A DNA stretch of 64,000 bases from an uncultured Candidatus Saccharibacteria bacterium (lineage in GTDB: Bacteria > Patescibacteriota > Saccharimonadia > CAILAD01 > BJGX01). Positions 1 through 9,212 of this stretch are shown here, piece after piece (position 1 is the first letter of the stretch; every line of letters starts with the position of its first letter). Location: positions 8,345 to 72,344 of the forward strand of contig CAYMHI010000001.1 of assembly GCA_964390265.1 (NCBI GenBank), given 5' to 3'. The position numbers and the translations under genes are program-made. The notes below the pieces were generated by a model, which saw only the letters and a program-made list of their open reading frames with translations, was not told the DNA's origin and did not search any database.

Positions 1-1
1 A

Positions 2-1054
2 AAAGCTAGCTTCGCAACCGGTAGTACACTTCAGCCTCACAGCTTCTTTTTGGTAAGTACGAATAAGCCCAGCGATTTGACGTTAATTTCTGGAATGTCT
101 CAGACTGGTGGGGTGGTAGAGATTCGTGATGATAAGAACAGTGTTATGGATAGAGTGGGTTATGGTAATGCTTCGCTTTCAAACGGTAAACCAGCGGTAG
201 CAGTCCAGTCCGGAGAAAGTATGTATCGTCAATACGATTCTCCAAATACACAAATGATAAATACTGGTGATAATTTCTCAGATTTTTATATTGCCACCGT
301 TTTAACCCCAGGAGCGGTACCGGCAGTCGAGATAGAAGATACTAGCGAGCCAATTACATACCCTCCGTTAACAATTAATGAACTTTACCCCAACCCCGCG
401 AGCGATCAATCTGAAAGTTCTGATGAATACATTGAGCTTTATAATCCCAATAACTTTGACATCGATCTAAATGGGTGGCTTATAAAAGACGCCTCTGGCA
501 ATACCTTTGTAATAAAAAACAAAACTATTGCTGCCGGTAGTCATGCTGCAATTTATAGTAGTGAAACACACCTTTCACTTAACAACACAGGTGACACCAT
601 ACGATTGTATAGTCCTAACAATCAACTAGAAGACGAAACAGTTGATTATGGCGACGCTAAAGAAGGTTTGAGCTGGGGGTTGGTAGATGGTGCATGGGCC
701 TGGAACAACTCACCCACCCCTGCTGCACCAAATTCATCTGCCTATGTGCAAGTAGTAGCTACCAAACCCGTTGCTACCAAAACTACTAAGATAGCCAATA
801 AAACTACTGCCAAAAAACTAGCCATAGCTAAAAAAGCTAGCACCAAAAAAGCTAAAGCCAGTAAGCTCAGTGCAGCAAAAAAAGCACATGCTAGCACGGC
901 CACGCCAGCAGTTACTCAACAAGAGCTACAATCTAAGTTCGCCAATTTCTGGCCATGGTTGATGATTTTACTCGGAACAGCTACCATAGGTTATGGAATA
1001 TATGAATACAAGCCAGAAATCACTAACCTTTACTACCGATTTAAAAACAAGTGA
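2..1054 (+). CDS. Lamin-tail-domain surface protein, 5'-partial
   Basis: Frame open from the window edge; LTD motif INELYPNP...EYIELYNP...DLNGW...LNNTGDTIRL; Lys/Ala-rich linker; C-terminal TM helix. Confidence 0.8.
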   Translation, partial: KASFATGSTLQPHSFFLVSTNKPSDLTLISGMSQTGGVVEIRDDKNSVMDRVGYGNASLSNGKPAVAVQSGESMYRQYDSPNTQMINTGDNFSDFYIATVLTPGAVPAVEIEDTSEPITYPPLTINELYPNPASDQSESSDEYIELYNPNNFDIDLNGWLIKDASGNTFVIKNKTIAAGSHAAIYSSETHLSLNNTGDTIRLYSPNNQLEDETVDYGDAKEGLSWGLVDGAWAWNNSPTPAAPNSSAYVQVVATKPVATKTTKIANKTTAKKLAIAKKASTKKAKASKLSAAKKAHASTATPAVTQQELQSKFANFWPWLMILLGTATIGYGIYEYKPEITNLYYRFKNK

Positions 1055-1472
1055 GACTATAGCCGCTAAACTAGCTATGGCCATAAAATCACCTCAACTT
1101 ATTGAGCTGGTGGGTGATTTGGGTGGTGGTAAAACTACATTTACCAAAGCTTTAGGCAAAGCACTTGGAGTAAAAAAGACTATTACCAGCCCAACTTTTA
1201 ATATCCATAGAGGCTATGACTTTGTTGGTGGTAGGTTGGAGCACTTTGATCTCTACCGGCTAGGTGATGACGAGATAGTACTCAATGAACTTGAAGATTG
1301 CTTAAAAGACAAAGGCTCAATTGTAGTAGTAGAGTGGGCTGCTAATTTTAAAGACATTTTGGCCAAAGATAGACTGATAATAGATTTTAAATATATAAAT
1401 GAAGAAACTAGGGAATTAAAAATTTTAGCAGTAGGTAAAAAAAGTTTAATGTTGTTGGATAAATTAAAATGA
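1002..1472 (+). CDS. tsaE: tRNA t6A biosynthesis ATPase TsaE
   Basis: GDLGGGKTTF P-loop, SPTF, HFDLYRL, VEW motifs. Confidence 0.95.
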   Translation: MNTSQKSLTFTTDLKTSETIAAKLAMAIKSPQLIELVGDLGGGKTTFTKALGKALGVKKTITSPTFNIHRGYDFVGGRLEHFDLYRLGDDEIVLNELEDCLKDKGSIVVVEWAANFKDILAKDRLIIDFKYINEETRELKILAVGKKSLMLLDKLK

Positions 1473-1861
1473 TACTTGCTATACGAACCGATAAAGCAAC
1501 TGCTGAGCTATCAATTTATGATAGCCAAGAAAAAGAAATAGATAGAGACGTTTGGCAAGCCGACAGAAAACTTGCCGATGAACTTTTGCCTCACATTCAA
1601 AACCTGTTATATAAAAATAACTTTGATCTACCTGATTTGTCAGGAATAATAATTTTTACTGGAGACGGTTCATTCACTGGCTTACGAATTGGTACAACCG
1701 TGGCTAATACCTTGGCATATTCACTGTCTATACCAATTGTGGAGGCCCGGGGCTCTGATTGGCTCAAGGCTGGATTCAAAAATCTGCTCAACTCTAAGCC
1801 CGGCAACTATGTGGTTCCTAAATATTCCAAAAAACCTAATATTACTAAGCCAAAAACTTGA
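1469..1861 (+). CDS. tsaB: TsaB, short form
   Basis: MILAIRT start, G-GSFTGLRIG motif; overlaps the tsaE stop. Confidence 0.9.
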   Translation: MILAIRTDKATAELSIYDSQEKEIDRDVWQADRKLADELLPHIQNLLYKNNFDLPDLSGIIIFTGDGSFTGLRIGTTVANTLAYSLSIPIVEARGSDWLKAGFKNLLNSKPGNYVVPKYSKKPNITKPKT

Positions 1862-2031
1862 TTCTATTTGGCACAAGTATAATAATAGAATAAGTCAGAA
1901 GTTCCGAAGTTTTGATTACAAAACTCAAAATAAGTTTTTTAGAAATAATATAATAAGTATATAAATACAAACATAAACAACCTCACCAAATCGGTTGTTT
2001 TTGTGTAGTAGCTATAAAAAGGAGTGGTGTT

Positions 2032-3549
2032 ATGCAGATAGGAGTGTTACTTGCTGTTATTGTTGGAGCGGGGGCTTTGGGTTACGTATCTAATGTGGTT
2101 TTGACCAAGCAAAAAAGCGCCGAGGGAAAGGCCAAGGCCGACAAAATACTAGATGATGCCAAAGTTAAAGCGAAAGAAGATTTGTTGAAGGCTAAAGAAG
2201 AGGCACTAAAGATACAAACCGAGGCCAAAGAAGAAGAGAAGCAACGTCGCAATAGACTTGATGAGCAAGATAGGCGCGTAAGTGATAGAGAAAAATTACT
2301 AGATAGTAAACTAGAAACTTTAGAACGTCGCGCCGATGCAATGAAAAATGATGAAAAAGAAATTGAAGCTATTAAACAAGAGTTGCGAGATATACGTGCA
2401 AGACAAGTTGAGAATTTAGAGAAAATCGCTAAATTAAAGAAAAAAGAGGCCACTGAAAAATTAATGGCAATGACCGAAAAAGATATTAAGGCTGACTTGG
2501 TAGAATATATTGAAAAGCTCAAACGAGACGCAACTGAGAATGCCGACGAAGACGCTAAAGAAATTATGGCCGCCGCTATGGAGCGCATGGCTAGTAGTCA
2601 GGCTACAGAGCGTACTATTACTACTGTACCTATTACTAGCGACGAGGTAAAAGGCAGAATAATTGGCAAAGAAGGCCGTAACATTCAAACTTTTGAACGC
2701 CTAACTGGGGTAGATGTACTAATTGACGAAAGCCCTGGCGTAATTGTGCTTTCTGGCTTTGATCCTGTGCGCCGGCAAGTGGCGCGCGTTGCAATGGAAC
2801 AGCTAGTAAAAGACGGTCGTATTCACCCCGGTCGCATAGAAGAGTTGGTAGGTAAAGCTCAAAAAGAAATTGACCAAGACGTAAAAAAAGCTGGTGAAGA
2901 TGCTGCAAGAGAAGCCAAAGTGGTTGGTTTGCCACCAGAGATAAACAAACTTATGGGTCAGCTAAAATTTCGTACCAGTTTTTCTCAGAATGTACTGCAT
3001 CACTCCATAGAGATGGCACACTTGGCCGCTATGATTGCCGAAGAGATTGGAGCAGATGTTAAAATCAGCCGTACCGCCGCCTACCTGCACGATCTCGGCA
3101 AAGCCGTCAGCCACGAGATAGAAGGCAAGCATCACCACATTACCGGCGACATTATGCGCAAGGCTGGTTTTGATGAGGCTACTGTGCATGCGGCCGAGGC
3201 TCATCACGATGATATTGAAGCCACTACTCCAGAGGCTCTAATTGTGCGAGCTGTAGATGCACTAAGCGCTGGTCGGCCAGGTGCACGTGGTGATACTGCC
3301 GAGAATTTTGGCAAACGTATGACCGACTTAGAAAACGTTACCAAGGCTTTTCCTGGTGTAGAAAAAGTCTATGCTATGAGTGCCGGGCGTGAGATACGAG
3401 TATTTGTAAGTCCCGAAAACGTTGATGATCTTAGTGCTATTAAGTTGGCTCGTGATGTTGCCACCAAGATAGAGGCTACGCTAAAATATCCAGGTACCAT
3501 TAAGGTAAATGTAATTCGCGAAACCCGCGCTGTGGAGTTTGCTAAATAG
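2032..3549 (+). CDS. rny: Ribonuclease Y
   Basis: N-terminal TM, coiled coil, KH (GRIIGKEGRNI), HD domain (LHDLGK), VIRETRA end; AAGGAG RBS. Confidence 0.97.
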   Translation: MQIGVLLAVIVGAGALGYVSNVVLTKQKSAEGKAKADKILDDAKVKAKEDLLKAKEEALKIQTEAKEEEKQRRNRLDEQDRRVSDREKLLDSKLETLERRADAMKNDEKEIEAIKQELRDIRARQVENLEKIAKLKKKEATEKLMAMTEKDIKADLVEYIEKLKRDATENADEDAKEIMAAAMERMASSQATERTITTVPITSDEVKGRIIGKEGRNIQTFERLTGVDVLIDESPGVIVLSGFDPVRRQVARVAMEQLVKDGRIHPGRIEELVGKAQKEIDQDVKKAGEDAAREAKVVGLPPEINKLMGQLKFRTSFSQNVLHHSIEMAHLAAMIAEEIGADVKISRTAAYLHDLGKAVSHEIEGKHHHITGDIMRKAGFDEATVHAAEAHHDDIEATTPEALIVRAVDALSAGRPGARGDTAENFGKRMTDLENVTKAFPGVEKVYAMSAGREIRVFVSPENVDDLSAIKLARDVATKIEATLKYPGTIKVNVIRETRAVEFAK

Positions 3550-3564
3550 TATGAAGGAACAAAA

Positions 3565-3837
3565 ATGACACATAGAGAATTAATTGAAGAACTAGCCGAT
3601 AGCGCCAATATTACTAAGCGTCAAGCCGAACGTACGCTTAATAAAATGAGTATGATAATTATGAGCGAAGTGAAGCACGGCCAAAAGGTTAATATTAATG
3701 GCTTTGGTACGTTTTACCTCGGCAAGCGAGCTGCTCGAGCCGGCATCAACCCTATGACAGGTGATAAAATTGATATTCCCAAAGTAATGATACCCAAGTT
3801 TAGATCTGGTAGTAGATTTAAAAAGATGGTTCGTTAA
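3565..3837 (+). CDS. hup: HU family DNA-binding protein
   Basis: GFGTF...RAARAGINPMTG...PKF motif. Confidence 0.93.
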   Translation: MTHRELIEELADSANITKRQAERTLNKMSMIIMSEVKHGQKVNINGFGTFYLGKRAARAGINPMTGDKIDIPKVMIPKFRSGSRFKKMVR

Positions 3838-3888
3838 ATATAGCAGCAAACTGGTTGTGGTGCGTCAAAATTGAGTATAATAGCAAAC

Positions 3889-5145
3889 ATGAATACCTAC
3901 GTAGCCGATGAAAAAATAATTGATCAACTTACCAAGTTGCCCAAAGTAAGACTTACAATATTTCGTGATATTGAGATAAGCCAACAAGGGTTTGTACTAT
4001 TAAAGCTTTCCAAAAGAATACGCTCAAGCATCGTAGAAGATCTTGATAACGACGAGCTTATTGCGCTGCTAAACTATCTAGACCCCGACAAAGCTACCGA
4101 TATTATTCAAGAGCTCAAGCCCCATAGAGCCAAGAAAATCACCTCAGAGCTATCTGATACTGTTCGTGATAAGGTAGAGACTTTGCTGAGTTTTAACCCT
4201 CGTACTGCTGCCGGCCTAATGAATCTTGACTACGTAGAGATTGCGCCAAATATGCATTTTGAAGATGTATCGGCCAATATTATTGAGCACGAAAAACGAA
4301 CCGGCAAGTTCCCTTCAATACTAGTGGTAGACAACGGTAAATTGTTGGGTGAACTACCCGGGCACGAGCTGGCTTTGCATAGCGGCAAAGAAAAGGTAGA
4401 GAACTATATCAAAAGAGTACCGTCGGTGCACTTTGATAATGATGAACACAAGGTTGTGAACTCGTTTATAAAACACCCACACAATAAGGTGGTTGTACTT
4501 GCCGAAGACGAAAGTATTTTGGGCGTAATTCATTCTGACGACTTGCTAAATTTAATAGATAAACGAACAGCCAACGATCTATATGGTTTTGCTGGGGTAA
4601 ATAAAGAAGAGGATGCATTAGATGGGGTTGGTACCAAGGTGCGCAATAGATATCTTTGGCTAATGATAAACCTTGGTACGGCATTTTTAGCCGCCTCGGT
4701 TGTGGGTATGTATGAAGGTACTATCGCCAAGCTTACCTTGCTAGCTGTATATATGCCCATTGTAGCCGGTATGGGTGGTAATGCTGCTACTCAAACCTTG
4801 GCGGTTGCCGTACGTGGGTTGGTACTCAAAGAAATAGACTTGCGTCACGGTCTTAATTTTGCTGCTCGCGAGTTGGGCGCTGGTATTATAAACGGTATTA
4901 TCAACGGCGCCATCGTGGCACTGGTGGCAATAGTTATAAATAAAAACCCCATGCTAGGGTTGGTCTTAGCACTAGCTATGATTGGCAATCTAGTAATAGC
5001 CTCGGTATCTGGCGCAATTGTTCCGCTAATTATGAAAGCATTTGGCAAAGACCCAGCTACATCGGCAACAGTATTTATTACCACCTGCACCGATGTGGGC
5101 GGATTTTTTATATTCTTGAGTCTAGCGCAACTAATGCTAGTCTAG
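3889..5145 (+). CDS. mgtE: Magnesium transporter MgtE
   Basis: MgtE_N and CBS domains; WLMINL, PIVAGMGGNAATQ, DPA..A..FITT.TD motifs; start placed at the ATG after TATAAT. Confidence 0.93.
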   Translation: MNTYVADEKIIDQLTKLPKVRLTIFRDIEISQQGFVLLKLSKRIRSSIVEDLDNDELIALLNYLDPDKATDIIQELKPHRAKKITSELSDTVRDKVETLLSFNPRTAAGLMNLDYVEIAPNMHFEDVSANIIEHEKRTGKFPSILVVDNGKLLGELPGHELALHSGKEKVENYIKRVPSVHFDNDEHKVVNSFIKHPHNKVVVLAEDESILGVIHSDDLLNLIDKRTANDLYGFAGVNKEEDALDGVGTKVRNRYLWLMINLGTAFLAASVVGMYEGTIAKLTLLAVYMPIVAGMGGNAATQTLAVAVRGLVLKEIDLRHGLNFAARELGAGIINGIINGAIVALVAIVINKNPMLGLVLALAMIGNLVIASVSGAIVPLIMKAFGKDPATSATVFITTCTDVGGFFIFLSLAQLMLV

Positions 5146-5251
5146 TTGGTTTGGTAGGTTGCTAGTAAAAATAATGATAGACAACAGTTAAATGCGCTTA
5201 TGATATAATCATTAGCATATATAACAACTACTAATAGGTACCAAAATAATT

Positions 5252-6574
5252 ATGAACGAAACAAGTGAAGAAAAAGTAGAAAAAGTAGCAGCAACCCCAG
5301 AGCTGAACGCTGCCGAAAAAGAAGTTGTAAAGTTTCTAGATGCCAGAATAGACGCAGAGCCAGAGAAAATGCGCAAATTAATGACCGAGAATTTTCAGGC
5401 TAACTATGATTTTTCAGTTTTAGACCCTCAAAAGCCTCAAAAAACTCAGCCGGTTTCATTTAGAATTATTAGAACTAGTAAAGAGGCCGGTAGTTTTTCG
5501 GTCACTGCTGAGATATTAAATGAAAATCAAAAGAGTCATAAACAAAAAACCATTAGCAAGATATATGATCTTACGAAAGACGCGGACTCCAAACAGCTCT
5601 TAATTAACTCCGAGAAAAACCTCAAATCAGATGTACCGTTTTATAAAAAACCTGTTTTCTGGATAGCCACAGTTATGGGATTGGCTGCTATTGCCGGGCT
5701 AGTATTTTGGGCTATAACCAGTCAAAAAACTACTCAAAATCAACAGTCTATTAAGGCCAACTGGCACCAAGTAGTAGATGGTGCAAAAGGGGTTGATGAT
5801 GCCGCGGCCAACGCTACTAAAGACCAGGCTGGTTATGACAATTACACCAAAAAGCTTAGCGACTACAAAAGCCTGGTTGGCGATGTTAAGTTTAGGGCCG
5901 ATCAACTCAAGCCTACTAGCGCCGACAAAGAAGACATTGCCAATTACAAAAATGCGCTTGTTAACTTAAATGATTATATATCGGAGGCGTCTAATCAAAG
6001 TAAGAATGTTGCTAGCCTTACTACTGCCGATTCATCTAAGCTAGATGATCTAGCTAATACGGCTGAGGCCGCTACCAATAAATTTCAAGATGGCGCTAAA
6101 TATCTAAGCGACAAAATGCCCACAGATATTTTTAACATTGGTGATGTACTGGCAAAGCAAAAAGATAAGCTCGATCAAGATAAACAGAAGGTGCAAGAAG
6201 CCCAAAACGCCGCCGCCGATGTGGTCGCCAAAGATGCTGCCAACAAAACCACAGTTACGAACAATATAACAACTTTTGAGCAAGGCTACATAGCCGGCAA
6301 TGAATCTGTAATGCGCCCAGTTATGACAGCTGGATTCCAAGGAGAATATAACTTCAACCAATTAACTCCCGAGCAACGTCAATATCAATACCCTAGCAGC
6401 TTTAGAATAATTAATGTTACTAAACAAGCCGATGGAACATACAAAGCTCAAGTAAATGTATTGTATAAATACACTGACAACCCCAACCAATATACCCAGG
6501 GTTATGAATACAGCGTAATTGGTCAAAATAATAAGTGGCTAATTAATAACGAAAAAACTGTTAGCGAATTTTAA
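5252..6574 (+). CDS. Hypothetical single-pass membrane protein with coiled-coil ectodomain
   Basis: 440-aa ORF, one TM near aa 135-157, possible NTF2-like terminal segments. Confidence 0.75.
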   Translation: MNETSEEKVEKVAATPELNAAEKEVVKFLDARIDAEPEKMRKLMTENFQANYDFSVLDPQKPQKTQPVSFRIIRTSKEAGSFSVTAEILNENQKSHKQKTISKIYDLTKDADSKQLLINSEKNLKSDVPFYKKPVFWIATVMGLAAIAGLVFWAITSQKTTQNQQSIKANWHQVVDGAKGVDDAAANATKDQAGYDNYTKKLSDYKSLVGDVKFRADQLKPTSADKEDIANYKNALVNLNDYISEASNQSKNVASLTTADSSKLDDLANTAEAATNKFQDGAKYLSDKMPTDIFNIGDVLAKQKDKLDQDKQKVQEAQNAAADVVAKDAANKTTVTNNITTFEQGYIAGNESVMRPVMTAGFQGEYNFNQLTPEQRQYQYPSSFRIINVTKQADGTYKAQVNVLYKYTDNPNQYTQGYEYSVIGQNNKWLINNEKTVSEF

Positions 6575-6883
6575 TATAAACAAGGAGATAATAATGAGAC
6601 CACAGAATGAGCTCGTACCTGAAGACACTAGCGATGAAAAGTCGGTAGCCTACAGTAGGCTAGAAGAGGCCCTTGGCACTAGCTTGAAAGCATTTCAAAA
6701 AGTACGCGATGAAGTTATTGCATCGGGAGCCATGACTTCTGAGGAGGTAGATGATGCAAGGGCAAGTATAGTTGGCCATACTAAAGAAGAACGCCAAGCA
6801 GAGATTAGGGAGTGGATGAAAGCTGATTACGACGAGCAAATAGATCAATAGAATAGTATAAAAAACTGTTAGCGAGTTTTCAA
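6552..6883 (+). repeat. Imperfect ~21-bp direct repeat AAAAAACTGTTAGCGA(A/G)TTTT
   Basis: Copies begin at 6552 and 6860. Confidence 0.85.
6594..6851 (+). CDS. Small acidic hypothetical protein
   Basis: 85 aa, AAGGAG RBS, flanked by a direct repeat. Confidence 0.6.
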   Translation: MRPQNELVPEDTSDEKSVAYSRLEEALGTSLKAFQKVRDEVIASGAMTSEEVDDARASIVGHTKEERQAEIREWMKADYDEQIDQ

Positions 6884-6911
6884 CAAAACCTTAGCCGAAT
6901 TAGTAACTATA

Positions 6912-7151
6912 TTAAACCCCAGTAAAGTAGCTAGCTGGACTAAAAGCTATAAATGAAAGTAAATATAGTACTAAAAATAAAGAAATAACCATCGCAACCA
7001 CAGTGATAGTTATAGCCCTAGTTGAACTTTGTCTATCTTTAAGTAGCAACTTACTACAAATCAAAAATACTATTATAGGCACAAAAATTATCAAAACAGA
7101 TGTGACTATTAAATTGGAGATAATGGCATTATGCCAGCCTACATTATCCAT
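6912..7151 (-). CDS. Small two-TM membrane protein
   Basis: 79 aa with two hydrophobic segments. Confidence 0.55.
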   Translation of the reverse strand: MDNVGWHNAIISNLIVTSVLIIFVPIIVFLICSKLLLKDRQSSTRAITITVVAMVISLFLVLYLLSFIAFSPASYFTGV

Positions 7152-7255
7152 TTATTAATAATATAACGGCTTAATACATTTTGCTACAGGTGAATAATTG
7201 AGACTAATTGCGTTAGTACTTAAACAAAAAGCCCACGCATGGGCTACTTGTTTTA

Positions 7256-7333
7256 TGGGGTGAGTGATGGGACTTGAACCCACGGCCTTCTGGACCACAA
7301 CCAGACGCTCTAACCAACTGAGCTACACCCACC
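7256..7333 (-). tRNA. tRNA-His (GUG)
   Basis: Cloverleaf, anticodon arm TCTGG-TTGTGGT-CCAGA, encoded G-1, C73 and CCA. Confidence 0.97.
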
Positions 7334-7449
7334 TCGTCGAAAGTGTGCTAACACTATCGACAATAGAATATCTATTCGCCTACAGTTAACACACAACTTT
7401 CTCCTCTCGAATCACGAAACAACCAAGTGTTTATTTCATGATTCGGTTT
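7334..7449 (-). ncRNA. tRNA-leader structured element, copy A1
   Basis: Hairpin CGAATCATG..GATTCG, AGAGGAGAAAG, long stem, CTTTCGACGA abutting tRNA-His G-1. Confidence 0.65.
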
Positions 7450-7503
7450 AGAAAAAGATCAGATCTATACTTTTAGTTGGCGTTGCTATGCCTCAGCGTT
7501 ATA

Positions 7504-7580
7504 TGGTGCCCCCGGCAGGATTCGAACCTACGACCCTCGGTTTAGAAAACCGATGCTCTATCCAGCTGAGCTACGGGGGC
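7504..7580 (-). tRNA. tRNA-Arg (UCU)
   Basis: Cloverleaf, TCGGT-TTTCTAA-ACCGA, CCA end. Confidence 0.97.
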
Positions 7581-7586
7581 GCGTCT

Positions 7587-7690
7587 TCGTCGGACAACCG
7601 TAGTGACTTACATACCTATTTTCGAAGATACAATTTTACTTATTCATGATTGTAAAATAACTGTCCTGAACTTATTGTAACAATAAAGTA
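7587..7690 (-). ncRNA. tRNA-leader element, degenerate copy A2
   Basis: Short hairpin, CAGGACAGTT...GGTTGTCC-GACGA, ending 6 nt before tRNA-Arg. Confidence 0.45.
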
Positions 7691-7722
7691 GTGTGCAGGG
7701 TATAAATTTAACAATTGTGAAT

Positions 7723-7863
7723 GGGCTGTCTTAACCGAATAAAATGTGCACATTTTATTCGAGGAGGAAAAGTATTGTAGTTAACAAACAAATAAGCAGA
7801 ACCCCAAAGTTGAAACTCTGCTTATTTGTTTGTATTTATACAATACTTTGACGATGGGGCGGT
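7723..7863 (+). ncRNA. Element copy A3, not followed by a tRNA
   Basis: Palindrome 7736-7761, GAGGAG 7761-7766, long stem, GACGA 7850-7854, closing G-U-rich stem. Confidence 0.6.
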
Positions 7864-7896
7864 GTTCTACGCTAAAGCTACGATACAACTTCCAGA

Positions 7897-7956
7897 TTAA
7901 ACTTCACTCATGCATTCTTAATTTGAATAATTAAGCGTAGCGTGAGTGAAGTTTAA
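7897..7956. repeat. Inverted repeat at the tRNA-Gly 3' end, element C1
   Basis: 14-bp perfect arms TTAAACTTCACTCA/TGAGTGAAGTTTAA; motif shared with the hisS leader. Confidence 0.75.
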
Positions 7957-8031
7957 TGGAGCGGGTAGCGGGAATCAAACCCGCATCACCTGCTTGGAAG
8001 GCAGGAGTAATAATCATTATACGATACCCGC
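7957..8031 (-). tRNA. tRNA-Gly (UCC)
   Basis: Cloverleaf, CCTGC-CTTCCAA-GCAGG, U73 and CCA; non-canonical A19/U56. Confidence 0.93.
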
Positions 8032-8278
8032 ATATCTATAAAGTGCAATCGATTTGAAAGAACATAGCTTATTATACAAGATTTGTATATGCAGCGCTAT
8101 CTTGCAGACAATGTATATTACTCCAAATGTTAATATATTACAAGACAATAAAGTAACTAGCGCAACTCTAAATTAGAATAAAAGTAAATATTATATTCAA
8201 AACCGTTTATACTTGCTTTGGTAGTTGTTTGGGTGTTTAATAGTAGTTAAGAAATATATTTTAAAAAGGAGAATTAAA

Positions 8279-8674
8279 ATGATAAACGGAAAATTAAAAA
8301 AGCTAGCCGTAGTAGGTGGAGCAGCAGTATCAGCCTTGGTACCTACTCTTGCTCGTGCAGCTGACTACAGCTCAGACTACACCACTACAACAACCACTAC
8401 AGATGGCGCTGCCGCTGCAGGTATCGTAGGTGTGTCGCTACTATTTATGTTCTTGTGGTTTGCATTTGCAATATTTGCACTTGTGTACTGGATACTAATG
8501 CTAATTGACGTAATTAAACGTACCAATTGGGAAAACGAAAGCGACAAAACTCTATGGTTGCTAGTTGTAATATTGCTAGGCATACTAGGTGCATTGGTTT
8601 ACCGATTTGTAGTTGTTTCAAAACTAGGCAAAGCTAGCGCACAAAAAACTTCTACTCCAGCTGCTAAAAAATAA
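8279..8674 (+). CDS. Membrane protein with PLDc_N-like hairpin
   Basis: AAGGAG RBS, signal-like N-terminus, Thr run, WILMLID...K.LWLLVVILLGILGALVY. Confidence 0.75.
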   Translation: MINGKLKKLAVVGGAAVSALVPTLARAADYSSDYTTTTTTTDGAAAAGIVGVSLLFMFLWFAFAIFALVYWILMLIDVIKRTNWENESDKTLWLLVVILLGILGALVYRFVVVSKLGKASAQKTSTPAAKK

Positions 8675-8708
8675 ATAAATAAGTAAGTAAGTAAGTAACT
8701 TGTTTAAG

Positions 8709-8739
8709 AAGAGCCCTACACACTAAGGGCTCTTTTTTT
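8709..8739 (+). terminator. Intrinsic terminator
   Basis: AAGAGCCCT/AGGGCTCTT stem followed by a T run. Confidence 0.85.
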
Positions 8740-8787
8740 ATAGCTATAATTATGCTAGTATAAACAGGTTAAATTTAGTAAAATAAT

Positions 8788-8864
8788 GCGCCCTTAGCTC
8801 AGCTGGATAGAGCGTCTGGCTTCGGACCAGAAGGCCGGGGGTTCGAATCCCTCAGGGCGCACCA
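8788..8864 (+). tRNA. tRNA-Arg (UCG)
   Basis: Cloverleaf, TCTGG-CTTCGGA-CCAGA, A20, CCA end. Confidence 0.96.
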
Positions 8865-8910
8865 TATAATTGAGTCTTGGCTAAAAGCCAATGACACAAT
8901 TATAAAGTAT

Positions 8911-9030
8911 GATTTGATGAGAGACCCAGGGTTCGGTGCAGTAAAGCGCGCAGTGTCAAAACAAATTAATTTGGTTTTGACCAAGCACTTTACCTTAAGA
9001 GGCGTAGCCGCTATCCCTCAGGGCGCACCA
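8911..9030 (+). repeat. tRNA-trailer element B1 ending in an 18-bp duplicate of the tRNA-Arg 3' end
   Basis: ATCCCTCAGGGCGCACCA at 8847-8864 and 9013-9030; internal motifs shared with 10731-10850. Confidence 0.8.
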
Positions 9031-9103
9031 CGTTATATTATGTTAGACGATATATTCTAGATGTTAGAATAAAATTAAAACTAAATTAATTAATCTTCTA
9101 GCA

Positions 9104-9212
9104 AATTGAATAAGCTTGCTTGTTCAATTGAAGAGGAGAATGACTTGCGAACGGTGAAAGTAATTATTTACAATAATTTCTGCAACAATCAGTAATCGTT
9201 CGACGACGACGA
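9104..9212 (+). ncRNA. tRNA-leader element, copy A4
   Basis: Hairpin, GAGGAG 9133-9138, GAATGA../..TCGTTC stem, GACGACGACGA abutting tRNA-Lys. Confidence 0.65.

Noticed and set aside
7443-7455. 13-nt match between the start of A1 and the tRNA-Arg(UCU) anticodon arm (TTTTCTAAACCGA)
   Set aside because: Short and AT-rich; A3 starts similarly, so it is probably element consensus
7717-7860. Minus-strand flanks of A3 (GCCCCATCGTC ... GGTTAAGACAGCCCATTCAC) resemble the 5' half of a tRNA-Glu interrupted in the D-loop
   Set aside because: No anticodon stem, T-arm or 3' acceptor follows, and the match overlaps the element's own conserved GACGA and AACCG ends
8672-8699. TAAA/TAAG short tandem run
   Set aside because: Intergenic low-complexity microsatellite with no evident function
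8799-8984. 61-aa minus-strand ORF
   Set aside because: Antisense to tRNA-Arg and element B1; shadow ORF
9133-9138. GAGGAG in the A elements as Shine-Dalgarno sites for small ORFs
   Set aside because: No consistently spaced start codon or conserved ORF across copies
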